Assembly: GCA_000934665.2 (NCBI GenBank)
Contig: JYFJ02002148.1
Location: forward strand, 1 to 62,567
Length of the DNA: 62,567 nt
DNA from: Catajapyx aquilonaris
Taxonomy: Eukaryota
Direction: 5' to 3'
Shown: positions 11,996 to 24,335 of the stretch, piece by piece
Layout: the number at the start of each line of letters is the position of its first letter
Numbering within the stretch: position 1 is the stretch's first letter
The notes under the pieces: model-generated
What the model saw: only the letters and a program-made list of their open reading frames with translations
Told to the model about the DNA's origin: nothing
Database searches by the model: none
Program-made: the position numbers and the translations under genes

Positions 11996-13903
11996 CTAAG
12001 TGTAACATTTCAGGTCACGGCTTCGTCCCTTGGGAAAACTTGTCATACACGGTTTTAGAGCACATAACAGTTCTCCCAAGAAGGCAATCAGAGAAGTTAT
12101 GCTTCCAGTCAAGAGAATCAGGAATGGACCTTCCACATGATCCCAGGTGAAACGGACATGATCATCTTCAAGTTCATACCAACTGTTGCGCAATTTCTTC
12201 TTGGTAGTCATTATTAAGCGACGATATTCCTGCCTGCTCCGGCGAAGGTTCTCCAGACCAATGCCATTGAATACATGCGTCCAGTGGTCAATGTTCTCTG
12301 CATAGATGCTGTCCTTCAGGACAATCAGTGAGCTGTGGATGAGAGCCAGTGTGTCGGAGGAAATGAAGGTCTCACCATTGCGGAAGAGTGTGGCGTAATA
12401 GGCGACATCATTCAAGACCTCGTCGGACTCGAAGATTACGACGTCAGCTGTCAGGATGTCATCGTAGTTCCTTTCGACATAGCCTGGCAGGACACGTACT
12501 TTGGACAGAAAATCGGAGTACATGTCTCGGAACTCCTTGCCTGCTTCTTCTAGGAACATTTTCACTACTCGCGTTGTTTCTATGGAGAAACTTGAATGAG
12601 TCAGCTCTTCAATGTCCCTAGGTATTTTTTCAACTGGAGGAAAAATCAGGACATTGAAGAGTTTGCTTTTGTAGCAAGTGCAAAATATTATACAGAAATA
12701 TATCCAGAACGCGAGAAACATTCTGTAGGAAGGAGATGTGGGTGAGGGAGGGTCTTGCTCGACAATGTATTTCGCCAGATATTTAAAGATTTGTAGAACA
12801 GATTTAAAGGGAGTGAACATTCCATGCCTCTTGTGAAACTTGGCAATAAATGCGAAAACTCCAACTGCAAGCAAAAATGATGCGAAGAAGAAGGACCACG
12901 ATCCAATAGTGTAAGGCAATGCCAAAATTAAAGGTGTTATTACCGGACATGGCTTACGAGCAATGAAAGTGAATCTCCATACATCATGAGGTGTGGCACA
13001 TTCAAACAGTCGGTATATCAGGTCCAGCACAGGGGCCTTTGGCAGGAAAGCCAATTTTCCGGTTCTGAAACCTTCCATCAGTTCGAGGGCACTCCCAATA
13101 TCGGAAAGGATTGCATTGAAATCGACCTTCGTGATACGCCAATGGAAATTCATCACTTTACCCAAGAAACAGATGTGATTATCTAATGTGTTCAAGCTGC
13201 TGCATTCTTCGTCGCTACTATACCACATGTACACACCATCCAGACGTTTTCCATGTAAATCATTTGCATTATCTCTGAACATGGCTGAGCCAGACACTGA
13301 TTCGATCTGTGGTTCTCCTTGGTCGCAGAAGAAACACACCGAGTGTGCCTTGAGAGCACCGTTGGCTCCTCCTGTACTCAGCGACACCTTGTACTTGAGC
13401 TGCGAGGCCGGTTTGTCCATCATGAAATCCGGATGAGTCGAGTCCCGTATCCAGAACACGAACCGGTCCTTTGTCTTCCTGACTCCGAGCATCCCTTCGT
13501 CCGGGTCCGAAATGATGTCCATCATGTCCTCGTAGGTGTCCTGGCATGTCACAACCATGTGCACCAGACACTTGGATGCGCGGTATGGTTCTCTGAACAC
13601 GGCCGCATTGTCTCTAGATGTCGGTTGGCAATCCCAGGTGCTCTGAGAACTTGTCCTGATGATCAGGGGTCGTCCAGCAGATGACATGTTGGACAGGAGT
13701 GTGTCCAGACTGTGAGGGATGGGTCCGGCCCAGTCGTGGGTGACAGCCAGTGGACACTCCATGTCCATGACCAGGGCATGTCCAAGAATCTTGTTGACAA
13801 ACCGAGGGATTAGATCGCCTCCATGATTTTGTTGTGTCAGAGTCACTAGACCCGATGCAATGTTGGCAAAGGAGAAAACAACCACTGCTAACATCAACAC
13901 CAT
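11996..13903 (-). CDS. Divergent ionotropic receptor IR-2 (intronless; A leader, X body)
   Basis: The ORF track starts at a GTG (13972). The ATG homologous to the paralogs' start (MVLML) is at 13903. Same IR motifs as IR-1. Confidence 0.9.
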   Translation of the reverse strand: MVLMLAVVVFSFANIASGLVTLTQQNHGGDLIPRFVNKILGHALVMDMECPLAVTHDWAGPIPHSLDTLLSNMSSAGRPLIIRTSSQSTWDCQPTSRDNAAVFREPYRASKCLVHMVVTCQDTYEDMMDIISDPDEGMLGVRKTKDRFVFWIRDSTHPDFMMDKPASQLKYKVSLSTGGANGALKAHSVCFFCDQGEPQIESVSGSAMFRDNANDLHGKRLDGVYMWYSSDEECSSLNTLDNHICFLGKVMNFHWRITKVDFNAILSDIGSALELMEGFRTGKLAFLPKAPVLDLIYRLFECATPHDVWRFTFIARKPCPVITPLILALPYTIGSWSFFFASFLLAVGVFAFIAKFHKRHGMFTPFKSVLQIFKYLAKYIVEQDPPSPTSPSYRMFLAFWIYFCIIFCTCYKSKLFNVLIFPPVEKIPRDIEELTHSSFSIETTRVVKMFLEEAGKEFRDMYSDFLSKVRVLPGYVERNYDDILTADVVIFESDEVLNDVAYYATLFRNGETFISSDTLALIHSSLIVLKDSIYAENIDHWTHVFNGIGLENLRRSRQEYRRLIMTTKKKLRNSWYELEDDHVRFTWDHVEGPFLILLTGSITSLIAFLGELLCALKPCMTSFPKGRSRDLKCYT

Positions 13904-15177
13904 TTTGAATTCCCGGATCTCTGTTGTATTTCCAGACTGTCCATTCCCACGCATTGTCTGAAAATGTGCCACTGTTTATCTCGTGTATACGGAATCGTAC
14001 AAGAGAATAGTTGATTACACGTATTACAGCAGAGTCGGTCAACAATTCTGTGAAAATATTTGCGACACACAGAGTAACTCCTACACATGTCACATACTAT
14101 GTATATCAAAGGAATCATGTTCAATGTCCCATCAATGTTGTTGCCGACTGAATTCCTGGAAACGAGTCGTCATTATTGATTATTATTATTATTGATTTGA
14201 GTTCTCAAATGTTATGCAGTATGCAATTCTGACTCACCATGTACCCTTCCCGAACCGGATGACAAATGGAGCCAAGTCATAGGGGCTGCCTCCAAATGAA
14301 AATGTATTATATAGACTAGGGTCACACAACAATACTCATCCGTTGCCCTTCCTCCCCTCCTATAGAATTGATTGCTGTTTTGGTCCGGATGAGACACTCC
14401 GGATGACACCCCAGTGGATTATTCGATTCTGACACCCCCAAAAACCCTCAGAGACAGACATACTCCAGAGACAACCGGAGTTAGTTTACAAAAAAAAGGA
14501 GACAGAAGGGTAGGGGAGGTCGACATTAATATTTCAAGGGATGTAGGCCATTTAGTGCGTGAGTATGCAAACTGTCCTGGATCCCAGTGGTCCCCAAAGG
14601 GCCTGGGCGACGGCAAGTAGAGCAATTGCAAGGAAAATGAAAATTCCAACCCCCTCCGACTCTGGCCCCGGGGCCAAAAAACCGGGCTGCTCTAATCCCA
14701 AATGCAAAACAAGAGGAGAGAAAAAAAGTTCGTTTTTGCATGCAAAGGGACCTGAGGACACAGCGACTGGAAAAAAGAGGTACAATCACGACTGTTGCCA
14801 TGTCACAAGTTAGGACCCGATCTTAGATGCATTAAAATTGGTAGGCTGGATTGGGGGTTGTAAGACTTATAATGAATAATTTAAAAAAAATGGATTGTAC
14901 CAAATCTGTTTTTTGTGGACGGAAATGTCGTTTTAGGGAAATGTTGAAATGCATTAGTTAAGTCATAAATAAATTAAGCAGGTTTTTATAGTAATTTGAA
15001 ATCATACAGCAAGCCTTACATTCCGAATACCTTGTCATTAGAAATTAATATTTTTATTCAAAATAATGACACATTAGATGCGTAGAAAAATAGATCGTCT
15101 GCACACAGGAAAATCCACAAAGTTAAATTTTGGCAGCTTGCTTACAGCAAAAAAAGTATTATTTTTAAATCTACTGC

Positions 15178-15179
<2 letters not shown>

Positions 15180-15269
<90 letters not shown>
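15180..15269. repeat. (AAT)n microsatellite, ~30 units
   Basis: Pure AAT run. Confidence 0.98.
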
Positions 15270-15270
<1 letters not shown>

Positions 15271-15559
15271 GAGAGCAAACGGCGGCCTGGTAGCATTAGA
15301 AATAAGTGCAGTGCTTATTTACCAACCAGCACATGCAGAGAGCATAATCGTTGATATTGCCAATCGTGCAAGCTGCGCGAAGTGTGGTGCGTACTCCGTT
15401 GCGCTCGTAAAAAATCATATATAGTCGTCACTGATTGTAAACAAGTGAAGGTAGTGAAATCGTAAGGTCAAATCTTCACTGTCGATTTTTTGACTTTTTG
15501 GACTAAGTAATTTGCAAATACTTGCGACACATGCCAGTCAATTCCAGAAGTTCAATCGG

Positions 15560-15765
15560 CTTCAATCGATGGGACCTTGAGCAAGAGTCTTTTGATCACA
15601 CGTGTAGGAGTGACTAACATGTGTCTCAAAGTTTTCAAGAGAATTGTTTACCGACTCGGTAGTAATTAACAATTCTCCCTCACCCACGTCCCTTTCATAC
15701 AGAATGTTTCTATCTGGCGTCATGGATGTATTTTTGTATAATTTTTTGCACATGCTACAAGAGCG
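15560..15765 (+). pseudogene. IR relic: A-type upstream region fused to an M3 fragment
   Basis: 15560-15676 matches the upstream of IR-5 and IR-3 (atcgatgggacct..agaattgtt..aacaattct). It is joined directly to PSPTSLSYRMFL..WMYFCIIFCTCYKS coding sequence, which is frameshifted. Confidence 0.8.
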
Positions 15766-15769
15766 TCTC

Positions 15770-16010
15770 CATGTCTCGTCCCACCATCTCCAGTTCCACA
15801 TCAAAGATTCCAGCTGTATAGGCGGAAAAGGCACTCTCCTCATGAACATCTCCCTCCCGGCTCCATCGTAGGCCACCAGAGCCCCTCCAGCTTTCCTGCC
15901 CTGGGTGACGGATCCGTCCGTGAAGATCACCACATCATTAACCAGCTCCTATAGGTCCATTGTCCTATGTCGAGGCGCTCCCAAGTCCAGGGCACTGTCC
16001 CGGTCTCGCA
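15770..16010 (-). mobile_element. Non-LTR retrotransposon RNase H fragment
   Basis: VVIFTDGSVTQGRKAGGALVAY matches the RNase H first-strand motif IYTDGS..G.G. There is an in-frame stop just upstream and the fragment is truncated. Confidence 0.65.
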
Positions 16011-17049
16011 ACCCAAGTCAGGTCAAAGTGTTCACTACTACTCCTACTGCTCAACACGGAACATTGCTCTCCAACAACAGAGTGTTTACACACAATGTTG
16101 TATATCGCGAGGTTTTATGAAAACTTTTCTCATGTCCGATTCAGGAAGTGTACAGTAGGCTATATGTCCATTGATTCAATGCCGCTCAATTTTTCAACCT
16201 CGTATTACGACGACCAGCTATACGCTATTTCTTACTTGTCACTCCGCGAGCTCTCTCATTCAATTTTTTCATTAATTGTCTTCCTCATTGCAGGTTTTGC
16301 CAAATTTTGGCTACGGGTGCACTAGTTATAAGAGAGTTATGTGACCTGGGGAAATCTAAACTATTTACCTACAGTACAACCTGTTGAGAAGTACGAAACA
16401 TAATTTACAATCTCATCTAACATGTAGGCCTGCTAATTAAAAAAATATCTCTTGCAGATTTTCCTCAAGCCAATTTATTCGTTGGCGGAATACGATACAA
16501 AAAAGTCAAAAATTAATATATTAAAACGGACGATTTGTCACATGTAGGTTTGCACAAAGACCATTCACCCTTCTTCAAGACGGTATATTATGCACTTGAC
16601 GACTTACTAATCTCCTCTGAGATTGAATTGAGACAGCAAATCTGTGATTTAGCACCGAGTTATCCCTGGTGTGATAAGCGATTTCGACATACGCGTGACG
16701 CTATAGTTTACGAAAGATGTCATAAAACAGCAGCCTGCACAAAGATGTCGTTTCGACATTCCTTATCCGGGTTATCTGGGAATTTAAAAATTACTATCAG
16801 ATATATCTTTCTAAGTGAACTGGATCAAAAACCGAGGAAATAGACTCATCAGTCATAATCTTGCATATTGCGGATACAGTTTTATTATCAGAAGCGATTA
16901 TAAAGTGAAACTTTCCTCAGACAGATATAAACGTGCTTGAGGAAAGTCCCTGTACTGCAAGTAGTAATATATATGCTTATCACTATGAGGTTCACTATAT
17001 AAAATGTGTTACGTGTGTTTCACAGTGAGCAGTTTCCATCACTTTCACA

Positions 17050-17757
17050 ATGACGCAGGTGGTAGCAACAATTGTCTTGACTTTATTGGTGTCATCAGTG
17101 TCATTAGGAGCATCTCCACCTCATCCTTCATCGCATGTGAAACCAGCAGCTCTATCTGAAAGTAAGACTAATATTGTTACCTTCATACAGCGCTATTCAG
17201 GGTGGTCCAAAACGGTTACAAAATCCGGTGAGGCTTAATTTCAAAAGATTTTCTGATTCATTGCGATGTATTTCAGAGGCTTGCAAGGTGCCCTTTCAGA
17301 ACATTGGTTCAGGATGCTACTATTTTAGTGGTTCCAACCTGAATAAAAACTGGTGGCAATCTGCTGAGTACTGCAGAATCATTGGAGGAAACCTGCTGAC
17401 CATAGACGATCCTGTTGAAAACCAGGACATTCAGGACTATTTGCTGAGAAGTAAGCTTTTTACAACATTACAGAACAATATATTGTGCCCAAGTTCCGGC
17501 TACAATATTAGTGTTAACTTTCCATAGATTACCCTCAAGGCCACTTCTTCATCGGTGGGTACGACCTTGGTCACGAAGGACTTTGGTATTGGCAGGCAAC
17601 ACTAAAGCCTATTGGATTCACTGACTGGTATCCTGGACAACCAGACAATGCTAGAGGGATTGAAAATTGCTTGGTTCTGGAGACGCAGCATGGATTTCGC
17701 TGGAACGACAGGCCCTGCACCATGACCAGCAACTTTGCATTCATATGTGAAGCTTAG
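17050..17757 (+). CDS. Secreted single-domain C-type lectin 1 (QPD, galactose-type motif), 3 exons
   Basis: Exons 17050-17161, 17277-17450 and 17528-17757 with phase-1 GT-AG introns. Signal peptide, then C..PF..IG..CYYF, W..AEYC..IGGNL, FFIGG.D..EG.W.W, W.PGQPDN..ENC, WNDRPC and FICE. Confidence 0.93.
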
Positions 17758-18039
17758 CTATATGTTGCGTTGTCTATTAACGCTAACTTTAATATCTGTG
17801 GTCGGAAGCTTTGTTGTTAGCGGCATACGTAGCATGCTGGAAAATGTACTATTGAATAAAAGGCACATTCATTTTCAAGGTAATATTCAATTTCAGAGAT
17901 TATTATTAAACGTGGCGTAATATTATGTCGTCTGGGACTTTCAAATTCCGGTTGACATGAGTAGACCAATAACTTATAATGCAGGTTGATCCAATGCACG
18001 TACGTTGATCCAATGCACATCTCCACACTAGTCACCTAA

Positions 18040-18180
18040 TTCACTTGGGATCACGTTGAAGCTTCATTTGTGATACTTATAGGTGGCAGTGGCAGCTTAC
18101 CATTATTGCATTGTTGGGAGATTTGATTTGGTGGTGTGTGAAGCGGCAAAGAAAAGAGAGGTTTCCCAGCAAGAAGTGAA
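18040..18180 (+). pseudogene. IR M4 / C-terminal relic
   Basis: ttcacttgggatcacgttgaagcttcatttgtgata translates as FTWDHVEASFVILIGG. Duplicated at 25487-25623. Confidence 0.75.
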
Positions 18181-18300
18181 AGAACACTGTTAGCGGCATA
18201 TAAAGAATTCCCTCTATAGGAAGTGCGGAGGTTCTAGGAACAAGTTGTTGACATTAATTTTGAAGTCCCTTTGTCCCAGTAGGTACGTGTAAACAGAATC

Positions 18301-18443
18301 CAAGGGGGTAATCACTCGACTGAAAAGTGTACACTGGAGTACCAAATTCAAGGAGTACCACGGAGTAATAGAGTGAGGTGCCTGAGGAGTACTAGGGAGT
18401 ACACCCAGGTGTACACCGGAGTACCGAAGTGATTACCCCCTTG
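18301..18443. mobile_element. 143-bp MITE (CA..TG ends, 8-bp TSD; hAT- or P-like), family M1
   Basis: TIR CAAGGGGGTAATCACT and TSD ACAGAATC (18293-18300, 18444-18451). The empty site is present in the duplicate at ~25734. Confidence 0.92.
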
Positions 18444-18608
18444 ACAGAATCTATCTGTTATTACCTCTCACACACCAAAGCTTCCTCTTGACTTTTGACT
18501 TTGACTGTGAATAATACTGGACGGTACAGTTAACAAACACGCCACTCGGGTGTCAGAGAACCAAGCGCCCATCCTGAGTATCAAAGTTAAGGAAACGAAT
18601 TAGAAACC

Positions 18609-20410
18609 ATGTTGTTTCCTGCATTTGCTGTGTACCTGTGTGTACCTGTGTGCTGTGTGGAGGATATACCTTATTTCGTCAGCAATATCTTGAAACACAA
18701 TCAACTGTGTCAGAGTTACGGCGACCCGACCATAAAGGCCCCGCGCCACACACAATCAACTGGTGAACAAAGAATGTCCACTGTTGATTACCCACGATTC
18801 GGACGGACCCAATCCTCGAGTCTGGACACACTCCTGTCCAACATGTCATCTGCTGGACGACCCCTGGTCATCAGGACAAGTTCTCAGAGCACCTGGGATT
18901 GCCACCCGACATCTAGAGACAATGCGGCCGTGTTCAGAGAGCCATACCGCGCATCCAAGTGTCTGGTGCACATGGTTGTGACATGCCAGGACACCTACGA
19001 GGACATGATGGACATGATTTTGGACCCGGACGAAGGGATTCTCGGAGTGAGGAAGACAAAGGACCGGTTCGTGTTCTGGATACGGGACTCGACTCATCCG
19101 GATTTCATGCTGGACAAACCGGCCTCGCAGCTCAAGCACAAGGTGTCTGTGAGCACAGGAGGAGACGGTGCTCTCAAGGCACACTCGGTGTGCTTCTTCT
19201 GCGACCAAGGAGAACCACAGATCGAATCAGTGTCTGTGATGGACACTTTATTCAAAGACTATGCAAAGGACCTTCATGGGAAGCGTCTGGAAGGTGTTTA
19301 CTTGTGGAGTACGAACGACAGCGCGTGCAGCATTTACGAAAATGAATACCACATGTGCTTCTTGGGCAAGGCAATGAATTTCCAGTGGCTCATGAGATAC
19401 GTCAATTTCGACTACATTCTTGCAGACACTGGCAGAAGCCTTGAACTGATGGAAGATTTCAGATCTGGACAATTGTCCTTCATACCAAAGGCCCCTGTCC
19501 TGGACCTGATATACCAACTGTTTGATTGTACCACACCCCATGATGTGTTAAGGTTCACTTTCATTGCGCGTAAGCCACGTACTGTAATAACACCAATGAT
19601 TTTTATATTGCCTTACACAGTTGGAGCATGGTCATTTTACTGCTCATTTTTTCTGCTTGCAGTTGGATGTATGTCAATTATTGGCAAGTTTCGCGCAAGA
19701 CAGGAAATGTTTTCTCCCTTCAGTTCTGTTCTAAGCATCTGTAAATACATGGGTAGATGCATTGTCGAGCCTCCCTCACCCACATCCCTTTCATACTGAA
19801 TGTTTCTGGTGTAATGGATGTATTTTTGTATAATTTTTTGCACATGCTACAAGAACAGGCTCTACTATATTTTGATTTCTCCTCCTGTTGAAAAAATACC
19901 TCGAGATATTGAAGAACTGAGGCATTCAAGTTTCTCCATAGCAAAGTCACAGGTTGTCAATGTGTTTCTAGAAGGTGCAGTCAAAGAGTTACGTGGTATG
20001 TACGCATACCTCTTGGCCAAAATAAGCGTTATAAAGTGGATAGAGTGGCATTACACTCCCATTCTGACCGATGACGTTGTGATCTTAGAGTCTCACCCAG
20101 TCTTGAAGGATGTCGCCTTTTACGCCCCTCTACGTATATTCAAATGCTGTGACCTTCACATCCTCCGATATTCGGGCCATTGTCCCCACTTCATTGATAG
20201 TTCTCAAGGACAGCATCTATGCAGAGAACTTGGACCATTGGATGCATGTATTCAGCAGCATCGGTTTGGATCATCTTCGGCTGAGTATTCACGAGAATGA
20301 ACTCGCGATATATACTGCAGATGAGAAAAGGCGCCAGAACTGGTATGCACTGGATGCGGAACCGGTGAAATTCTCCCGGGATCATGTCGAAGACCCCTTC
20401 CTGATTCACT
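18609..20410 (+). pseudogene. IR pseudogene (B-type leader, X-type body)
   Basis: 55-nt net insertion near the 5' end plus a 1-nt deletion. AGA>TGA stop at 19797-19799, a second stop shortly after, and a frameshift near 20130. Truncated in M4 at ~20410 by unrelated sequence starting TTAAGGCGAG. Confidence 0.88.
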
Positions 20411-20998
20411 TAAGGCGAGACCCTACTAAAAAAAATATATTTGTTGATACTGAACGTATCAAGGCGTCATGTTAGTACCATGTTGAAGATACTTTAAAAA
20501 TATCATAAAACAAATGTTAATTAGTTATGTTCAGTTGTTATGATTTTATGGCCTTATTAATTATTACCTGGTCATCACCTATTAATCCTGCTGTTTGCTG
20601 GTGTATGAATATATTTCTCTTTGAAATTGTACGTGACTGGATGAGATCTGCAGATCTGCATATATTTTTATGAAATGCGGAAAGATATTACAGTATGACT
20701 CGTCCTATAGTAATTGCATAACCTTGCACTCGACACGTGGCATATTCCTGTGCCAATTAATGATTCAAATTCCTGAAATGCAGTCGATGAGACCTTGTGC
20801 GACAGTCGTTTGATCATGTAGGCTACCTTTGTATCCTGTACTGCATGTGTCTCAAAGGTTTACTCAGAATTGTTGATTGGGAATGCAGTAATTAACAATT
20901 CTCTTGGGCGATTTCAGTATCGAAACAGACACAACTGCACACTTTGACGGTAGGTGTAGGAAGGGACAGTCGGAAAATACAACTAAAGCGATGGAAAA

Positions 20999-22873
20999 AT
21001 GGTGTTGACGAGAGCAGTGGTTGTTTTCTCCATTGTCATCAGCACATATGGTCTGGTTACTTTGACACCTGAAAATGCAACAGACAAACAGATCCATCAG
21101 TTTGTCAATAATATTCTTGGACATGCCCTGGTCATGGACATGGAGTGTCCACTGGCTGTCACCCACGACTCGGACGGACCAATCCCTCAGAGTCTGGACA
21201 CACTCCTGTCCAACATGTCATCTGCTGGACGACCCGTGATCATCAGGACAAGCTCTCAGAGCACCTGGGATTGCCACCCGACATCTAGAGACAATGCGGC
21301 CGTGTTCAGAGAGCCATACCGCGCATCCAAGTGGCTGGTGCACATGGTTGTGACATGCCAGGACACCTACGAGGACATGATGGACATCATTTTGGACCCG
21401 GACGAAGGGATGCTCGGAGTGAGGAAGACAAAGGACCGGTTCGTGTTCTGGATACGGGACTCGACTCATCCGGATTTCATGCTGGACAAACCGGCCTCGC
21501 AGTTCAAGTACAAGGTGTCGGTCAGTACAGGAGGAGCCAACGGTGCTCTCAAGGCACACTCGGTGTGCTTCTTCTGCGACCAAGGCGAACCACAGATCGA
21601 ATCTGTGTCTGATGACACCTTCTTCAAAGACTATGCAAAGGACCTTCATGGGAAGAGTCTGGAAAGTGTTTACATATGGAGTATGAGTGACGAAGAGTGC
21701 AGTATCTTGAAAATGGATTACCACGCATGTTTTTTGGGCAAGGCAATGAATTTCCAGTGGAATATGAAATACATCGATTTCGACGCAATTCTTTCCGATA
21801 TAAGCAGTGCCCTCGATCTGGTGGAAGATTTCAGAACCGGAAGATTGTCCTTCATACCAAAGGCTCCATTGTTGGACCTGATATACCAACTGTTTGACTG
21901 CGCTACACCCCATGATGCCTTCAGATTTACCTTCATTGCACGTAAGCCACGTCCCGTAATAACACCAGTGATTGTGATAATGCCTTACACAGTTGGAGCA
22001 TGGTCATTCTACTGCTCATCTTTCCTGCTTGCTGTTGCATACGTGTCATTTCTTGCCAAATTTCACACAAGACAGGGAATGTTTTCTCCCTTCAGTTCTG
22101 TTCTAAGCATCTGTAAATACATGGCGAGATACATTGTCGAGCAATGCCCTCCCTCACCAACATCTCCTTCATACAGAATGTTTCTGGTGTTGTGGATGTA
22201 TTTTTGCATAATATTCTGCACTTGTTACAAGAACAAACTCTTCGACATCATGGTTTTTCCTCCAGTGGAAAAAATACCCAGAGACATTGAAGAACTGAGT
22301 CACTCAAGTTTCTCCATAGAAACGTCGCCAGTAGTGAAAACGTTTTTAGACACACTAGACGAAGATTTCCACAAGAGTCACCCAAATCTTTTGGCAAAAA
22401 CACGCGAAAGAAGCAAGATCGAATCCCGCTACCTTGACCTCATGACAGATGACGTGGTGATCTTCGAGTCTGACGCATGCTTGGAAAATATCGCCTATTT
22501 CGCTGATGCATATACCAATGACGAGACCTTCATATCCTCAGACACACTGGCCATCGTCCACACTTCACTGATTGTTTTTAAGGACAACATCTTGGCTGTG
22601 AACATTGACCACTGGACACATGTCTTCATCAGCCTTGGCCTGGAGAAGCTTCGACGGAGCATTGACCACAATCGCATCTCTATGGCTGCTGCCCATAGTA
22701 AACGCCTCAACAATTGGTACGATTTAGATGATCATATCCGATTCACCTGGGATCATGTGGAAGGTCCCTTCCTGATTCTATTGGCTGGAAGCACAGCTGC
22801 GTTGGTCGTGTTGCTGGGAGAACTGTGCTGTGTACATGATCTTAAACCGTGTGTGACACGTTTGTATATATGA
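20999..22873 (+). CDS. Divergent ionotropic receptor IR-3 (A leader, X body)
   Basis: 624-aa intact ORF with signal peptide and M1, pore, M3 and M4 IR motifs. Its upstream region is an inverted homolog of the IR-1 upstream region. Confidence 0.9.
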   Translation: MVLTRAVVVFSIVISTYGLVTLTPENATDKQIHQFVNNILGHALVMDMECPLAVTHDSDGPIPQSLDTLLSNMSSAGRPVIIRTSSQSTWDCHPTSRDNAAVFREPYRASKWLVHMVVTCQDTYEDMMDIILDPDEGMLGVRKTKDRFVFWIRDSTHPDFMLDKPASQFKYKVSVSTGGANGALKAHSVCFFCDQGEPQIESVSDDTFFKDYAKDLHGKSLESVYIWSMSDEECSILKMDYHACFLGKAMNFQWNMKYIDFDAILSDISSALDLVEDFRTGRLSFIPKAPLLDLIYQLFDCATPHDAFRFTFIARKPRPVITPVIVIMPYTVGAWSFYCSSFLLAVAYVSFLAKFHTRQGMFSPFSSVLSICKYMARYIVEQCPPSPTSPSYRMFLVLWMYFCIIFCTCYKNKLFDIMVFPPVEKIPRDIEELSHSSFSIETSPVVKTFLDTLDEDFHKSHPNLLAKTRERSKIESRYLDLMTDDVVIFESDACLENIAYFADAYTNDETFISSDTLAIVHTSLIVFKDNILAVNIDHWTHVFISLGLEKLRRSIDHNRISMAAAHSKRLNNWYDLDDHIRFTWDHVEGPFLILLAGSTAALVVLLGELCCVHDLKPCVTRLYI

Positions 22874-24335
22874 AGACGTGTATTCGTAACCGTGTATGAA
22901 ATGGTCAATCGAACTTGGAAAACTGACACGGTGTGCCGGTATGTAGCCTGTTCATATTAGTTGCACATAAGGATTTATTACTGCTTTTTCGTCACAGGAA
23001 CTTGCCAAAATGAAATGAGATCCTTCAACAGAGGTCACAGTGTTTACTGTACATGTCAGTAGTTCCTTTGTTCTGTCCGTTTTTTGTCATTACTATTATT
23101 CACACATCATAGACTTGCTTAGAGTCCTGATCCCCTTTTTTGATTGATGCAAAACAATCTAGTGTTAACTTTTCTGTGCTCTGGAAATCACGTGATAACA
23201 TCAGGCCACGTATAGAGAGTTGCCTGTTGCGGCACAGCAAAGGTACAGGCACCATCGCAGTTGATTATAATAGCTGAATGCACTATTCAAAGTTATTACT
23301 CTTAAGCATCAATATGAGTATTCATTTTGACTTTGATTGTCCTGTATTTGAGATCTTATATTGTATTGTATACTAGGAGTGTGACTTCAACACTCTCTCC
23401 TGTCCTATTGTTGCACCCATGCATACGAAACAAATAGTTTTCTGTTCCATATAATTATGTAAGTGATATGCTTCGAATAGTTTGAAATATAATAAATACA
23501 GATAGATGAGACATGACTAGGAATCGAACTTTTTTTCTTTTGCAAATAATATATTACAATCTATTCAACCCGATAAGTCGTCCCCACATCCCTCACAGAG
23601 TTCTCTCGGATCCAAGTTGTGGTTGTGGATCCGAGTTGCCTCCATATATGACTAACCATGTGTCCAACACTGTACGAACCATCATTTACAATCTCATCTA
23701 ACATGTAGACCTACTAATTAAAAAAATATCGCTCGCAGATTTTCCTCAAGCCAATTTATTCGTTGGCGGAATATTATACAAAAAAGGCAAAAATTAATAT
23801 ATAAAAACGGACGATTTGTTACATATAGGTTTGCAAAAAGACCATTCACCCTTCTTCAAGACTGTATATGCACTTGACCTCCTCTGAGATTAAATTGGGA
23901 CAGCAAATCTGTGATTTAGCACCGAGTTATCCCTGGTGTGATAAGCGATTTCGACATACGCGTGACGCTAGTTTACGAAAGATGTCGTAAAACAGCAGCC
24001 TGCACAAAGATGTCGTTTCGACATTCCTTATCCGGGTTATCTGGGAATTAAAAAATTACTATCAGATATATCTTTCAAGTGAACTGGATCAAAAACTGAG
24101 GAAATATGGAATAAGAGTGAAGTCATAATCTTACATATTGCGGATATAATTTTATTATTAGATGCGATTAGAAAGTGTTACTTTCATTAGACAGATATAA
24201 ACGTGCTTGAGGAAAATCACTGCACTTTTTTATTGTACTCTGGTACCGATTGCGCATATGCTTATCACTGTGACGTTCACAATAAAATGTGTTACGTGTG
24301 TTTCAGAGTGAGCATCAGTTTCCATCACTTTCACA

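Larger units (their letters stand above)
16402..18830 (+). repeat. Segmental duplication unit (lectin gene, IR M4 relic, B-type IR promoter and leader); second copy at ~23684-26050
   Basis: Continuous high similarity with offset ~7.3 kb. Each copy carries private insertions (18301-18443 and 18708-18762 in one, 24787-25060 in the other). Confidence 0.9.

Noticed and set aside
14212..14900. Transposon-like sequence between the divergent IR groups
   Set aside because: It looks repeat-derived, but no TIR pair, TSD or coding motif could be established.
16020..16370. Possible third C-type lectin relic (..MSIDS.., tgcag|GFAKFWL)
   Set aside because: The similarity is too weak, with no conserved Cys/WND/QPD framework.
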